From an uncultured delta proteobacterium (lineage in GTDB: Bacteria > Myxococcota > Myxococcia > Myxococcales > Myxococcaceae), in the NCBI GenBank assembly GCA_963776345.1, contig CAVZMH010000008.1, forward strand, positions 1 to 47,454: a DNA stretch of 47,454 nucleotides, given 5' to 3'. Shown one piece after another: positions 44,577 through 47,454 of this stretch. The notes under the pieces were generated by a model. It worked only from the letters and a program-made list of their open reading frames with translations, was not told the origin of the DNA and did no database searches. How positions within the stretch are numbered: position 1 is the first letter of the stretch; each line of letters begins with the position of its first letter. The position numbers were made by a program, and so were the translations under genes.

Positions 44577-46304
44577 CTAGAACACCAGGTGCCGGCCCTT
44601 CTGCCGCCGGGTGTAGATGCTGAGGGTGGCGGTCACCTCGCCGACGCCCATGTTGCCGGAGTCGCCGATGCCCGAGGCGCCGAACTCCTCCCACTCCAGG
44701 GCCGAATCGGTTCCGTCGTTCTCCTTCAGCATCCCGCCGAGGGTCCGCCGCGCTAGCTGGAGCTTCCGGTCGTCCCGGGTCCAGAGGCTGGTCGAGAGGT
44801 CGTGGCTGTTCTCGAAGAGGCAGAACCGCACGTAGGACTCGAAGTCCGGCAGCTCCATCCCGACCAGGATGGGCATGAAGAACTCGGTCGTGGCGAGGCG
44901 GACGTCCTGCGTCCCCTTGCCATCCCAGTTCACCTTCACCGTGCTGTCGGGGCGAATCTTGAGGATGACCGGCTTCACCGCCTCCGAGTGCTCGCCGTAG
45001 GCGCCGTCGGCCCGGCCGCCCTCGCGCACCACGGTGACCCCGGGCGTCTTCTTCGCCTCGGCGACGATGTCCACCAGGGTCTGCGCCTTGTGGACCATCA
45101 GCGGGCTCAGGACCTTGTCGTCGGTCGCCTCGCGCGGGTCCGCGACCCGCCAGGTCCCCATCTCCTCGTTGATGAGCCCGAGGAGGGTATCGAGGGTCCG
45201 CGAGGACGCCGCGACACCGTGCAGCGACGTGCACTTGTGCGCCCCGAAGCCGCAGACCGAGTAGGCGAGCCGCACCGCGATCTTCTTGAGATCTTCGGGC
45301 GAGTAGCCGTCGTCCACGAACGACCAGTTGCAGCCGCCGCCCTCGAACCGCAGCCGGTTGAGCCCCCGGCCCTGCTGGATCTTGCTCGCCGTCTCGGACG
45401 AGCCGGTGACCGCCACCACCGTCACCCGCCGATCTGTCGCCAGGCTGGCGATGCCCTTGCCGAACCCCTCGACCTTCTGGACGTAGGCCGGGTCGGCGCC
45501 GGCGGCGATCATCATCCGGATCATCGTGGTGTTGGTGATCCCTGCGTAGGGGTGCCCCTTGTAGATGAACGGCACGCCCGCCAGGTACGCCCCGACGAGG
45601 TGGATGCCGGGGATGCCCCAGATGAAGTTCATCGGGGAGATGATGACCGACACCCCCGCGGGCACCCACGGGTTGCGCCAGTAGCTGTGGCCCGGGAGCA
45701 TCGGCGGGAGCAGCTCGCCCTGGAGCGCCGCCTCGGCCGACCCCTCGAGGTGGTCCGCCGCGCGCTTGGCCTCGAAGAAGTCCTTCTGGGCCTCGAGCCG
45801 GGTCTTCGGGATCTGCTGGCGGATCTCCCGCATGCAGTCCTCGGAGAAGAGGTCCATCATCCGGCTGAAGTTCTTGATGACGTGCTTGCGGTAGGTGAAG
45901 ACGTCGTCGGCCCAGGAGAGCGACTTCCAGGTCCGATCGGCCGCGCTCACCGCACGCTCGGAGTCCTCGGCGGTCGAGGCGGGCACCTCCATCAAGGGGA
46001 TCCGCCGGTCGGCGTGGCTCCGGAGCAGAGCCATCTCGCCCCTGTCGGGCAGGCGCCACTCGCCGTCGATGAAGTTGGTCACCCGGACCGGGGCGTCAGA
46101 GCTGCGCTGGGGCAGCTCGCGCCAGCAGAACAGGTAGGGCTTCAGCAGCTCCAGCTCCCGGTCGGTGAGGAGGTTGGTGAACAGGCCGTGGGCCTTCCGC
46201 CGCTCGGCGAAGACCGCGGCGACCGGGTCCTTCCCCAGCTGCCCGCGGGCGTTGAAGGCCTGGATCTCCTCGGCGAGACGGGGGAAGGCGGCGAGCGTGG
46301 ACAT
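44577..46304 (-). CDS. Divergent aldehyde dehydrogenase family protein
   Basis: NFIDGEW, ISPMNF, VTGSSET, FEGGGCN, AHKCTS (catalytic Cys), EFFMPI, FGASGIGDSG. Confidence 0.85.
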   Translation of the reverse strand: MSTLAAFPRLAEEIQAFNARGQLGKDPVAAVFAERRKAHGLFTNLLTDRELELLKPYLFCWRELPQRSSDAPVRVTNFIDGEWRLPDRGEMALLRSHADRRIPLMEVPASTAEDSERAVSAADRTWKSLSWADDVFTYRKHVIKNFSRMMDLFSEDCMREIRQQIPKTRLEAQKDFFEAKRAADHLEGSAEAALQGELLPPMLPGHSYWRNPWVPAGVSVIISPMNFIWGIPGIHLVGAYLAGVPFIYKGHPYAGITNTTMIRMMIAAGADPAYVQKVEGFGKGIASLATDRRVTVVAVTGSSETASKIQQGRGLNRLRFEGGGCNWSFVDDGYSPEDLKKIAVRLAYSVCGFGAHKCTSLHGVAASSRTLDTLLGLINEEMGTWRVADPREATDDKVLSPLMVHKAQTLVDIVAEAKKTPGVTVVREGGRADGAYGEHSEAVKPVILKIRPDSTVKVNWDGKGTQDVRLATTEFFMPILVGMELPDFESYVRFCLFENSHDLSTSLWTRDDRKLQLARRTLGGMLKENDGTDSALEWEEFGASGIGDSGNMGVGEVTATLSIYTRRQKGRHLVF

Positions 46305-46352
46305 GGTGACAGCCGTCTAGCGCCACCCCCGCCGGCCTTCAATCCCGTCGGG

Positions 46353-47454
46353 TCAGACCGGCTCGGGGAACTCGCGGGGCCGGGTGCCGAAGCGGGTGCG
46401 GATGGTGGCGCCCAGGGCGATGAACCCGGCCGCGGTGAGCGCCAGCGGCCCGAGCACCGGGATGAGCTGGACCACCAGGAGCACCAGGATGCCGAGGGCC
46501 AGCACCGCGGCCTGGGTCTTCCGGCTGGCCCGGAGGACCGGGAGGCGGGTCCCGACCTCGGAGGCGAGCGCCGAGAAGCCCATGGCGATGCCCACCGCGG
46601 TGAGGAGCACCAGGACGAACATGAAGGGAATCCCGATGATCAGGACGGTGAGCAGCACCGCCAGCCCGGCGATCGCCAGCGACCCCAGCAGCCCGGTGAG
46701 GCCGCAGCGGAGCGGGTCACGGCGGATCTCCGACTCGAGCTGCTTCATCGGCTTCGGGGCGAACATGATGAAGACGAAGCCCAGCGCGAAGTAGACCGCG
46801 AACTGGATCAGCAGCCAGAAGATGGACGACCCGGAGTGCCGATGGGCGGGCCGCGCCTTCCTCTCGCTCGGGCCGATGGCACCCAGCCCGCCGGACTTGC
46901 CGCCGAAGGAGAGCGTCTGGCCATGCACCTTGGCTCCGGGCTCGCGCTGCACGCTGCCACCGAAGGCCACCGCGTCTCCGCCCACCATCGCGTGGGGCCC
47001 GAGCTGCACGTTGCCGCCGAAGGCGACCGCGTCGTTGCGGACGTGGCCCTTGATCAGAAGGCTCCCGCCGTAGGCCACGGCGTCGTCGACCTCCTGGTCC
47101 TCTTCCACCGTGACGTTGCCGGTCCCGACCGTCTGCCGGTCCGAGCCACCCGCGCGGCGGTGGAACGGGAGCATGTCCTTCAGGCCCTTGAGGTCCTTCA
47201 GGTCCTTGAGATCCTTCAGGTCGCGAAGGTTGCCGAGCTGGTCCGGGAGGTCCTCGGGCGGGGTGGCGCTGTCCGCGTCCTCCTGGTCCGGGTCCAGCTC
47301 GTCGTCCGCGCTCGCCTCGTCAGAGGGGTGCCCGGGGTGACCCACCTGGGGCATCGGGGGCATTGGCGGGACGGGCGCCACGGGCGGCATCGGGGGCATC
47401 GGGGCCACCAGCTTCGGGGCCGGCGAGCCCTCGGCGTGCGGGCGCAGGCTGTAG
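46353..47454 (-). CDS. Membrane protein with beta-helix (bactofilin-like) repeats and multi-TM C-terminus; 5'-truncated by the window edge
   Basis: Frame stays open to the window end; DAVA(Y/F)GG x3; five hydrophobic helices. Confidence 0.8.
   Translation of the reverse strand, partial: YSLRPHAEGSPAPKLVAPMPPMPPVAPVPPMPPMPQVGHPGHPSDEASADDELDPDQEDADSATPPEDLPDQLGNLRDLKDLKDLKDLKGLKDMLPFHRRAGGSDRQTVGTGNVTVEEDQEVDDAVAYGGSLLIKGHVRNDAVAFGGNVQLGPHAMVGGDAVAFGGSVQREPGAKVHGQTLSFGGKSGGLGAIGPSERKARPAHRHSGSSIFWLLIQFAVYFALGFVFIMFAPKPMKQLESEIRRDPLRCGLTGLLGSLAIAGLAVLLTVLIIGIPFMFVLVLLTAVGIAMGFSALASEVGTRLPVLRASRKTQAAVLALGILVLLVVQLIPVLGPLALTAAGFIALGATIRTRFGTRPREFPEPV
47175..47229. repeat. 9-bp in-frame tandem repeat encoding (DLK)n
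   Basis: LRDLKDLKDLKDLKGLKD within the last CDS; PMP/PVA repeats at about 47348-47405. Confidence 0.85.

Overview
Very GC-rich chromosomal segment from a myxobacterium (Myxococcales-like; the Lon protein closely resembles Myxococcus BsgA/LonD). From left to right: the end of the spc/alpha ribosomal operon (infA, rpmJ, rpsM, rpsK, rpsD, rpoA, rplQ); a DUF2314-like gene, psuG and a Zn-finger gene; a compositionally distinct D-aminoacylase-like gene bracketed by a 34-bp duplication of the 3' end of a lytic transglycosylase gene, with a nested inverted-repeat site; a small Cys-rich protein; an epimerase/acyltransferase/DUF721/CAP operon divergent from mutL; a Ser/Thr kinase, TPR-like, FHA-GAF-sigma54 activator and lipoprotein operon; lon; and a split SOS mutasome. 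imuA-imuB and dnaE2 each have a Myxococcus-type LexA box and are separated by a LuxR/pseudo-HtrA/HtrA/M28 peptidase block. The right end holds an ALDH plus a sarcosine-oxidase/proline-dehydrogenase-like oxidoreductase operon containing a YdeI-like gene relic. dnaE2 and the second HtrA each carry a single-base frameshift, which may be real or an assembly error. No rRNA, tRNA, CRISPR array, transposase or integrase was seen. All calls are by eye from motifs; no database searches were run.
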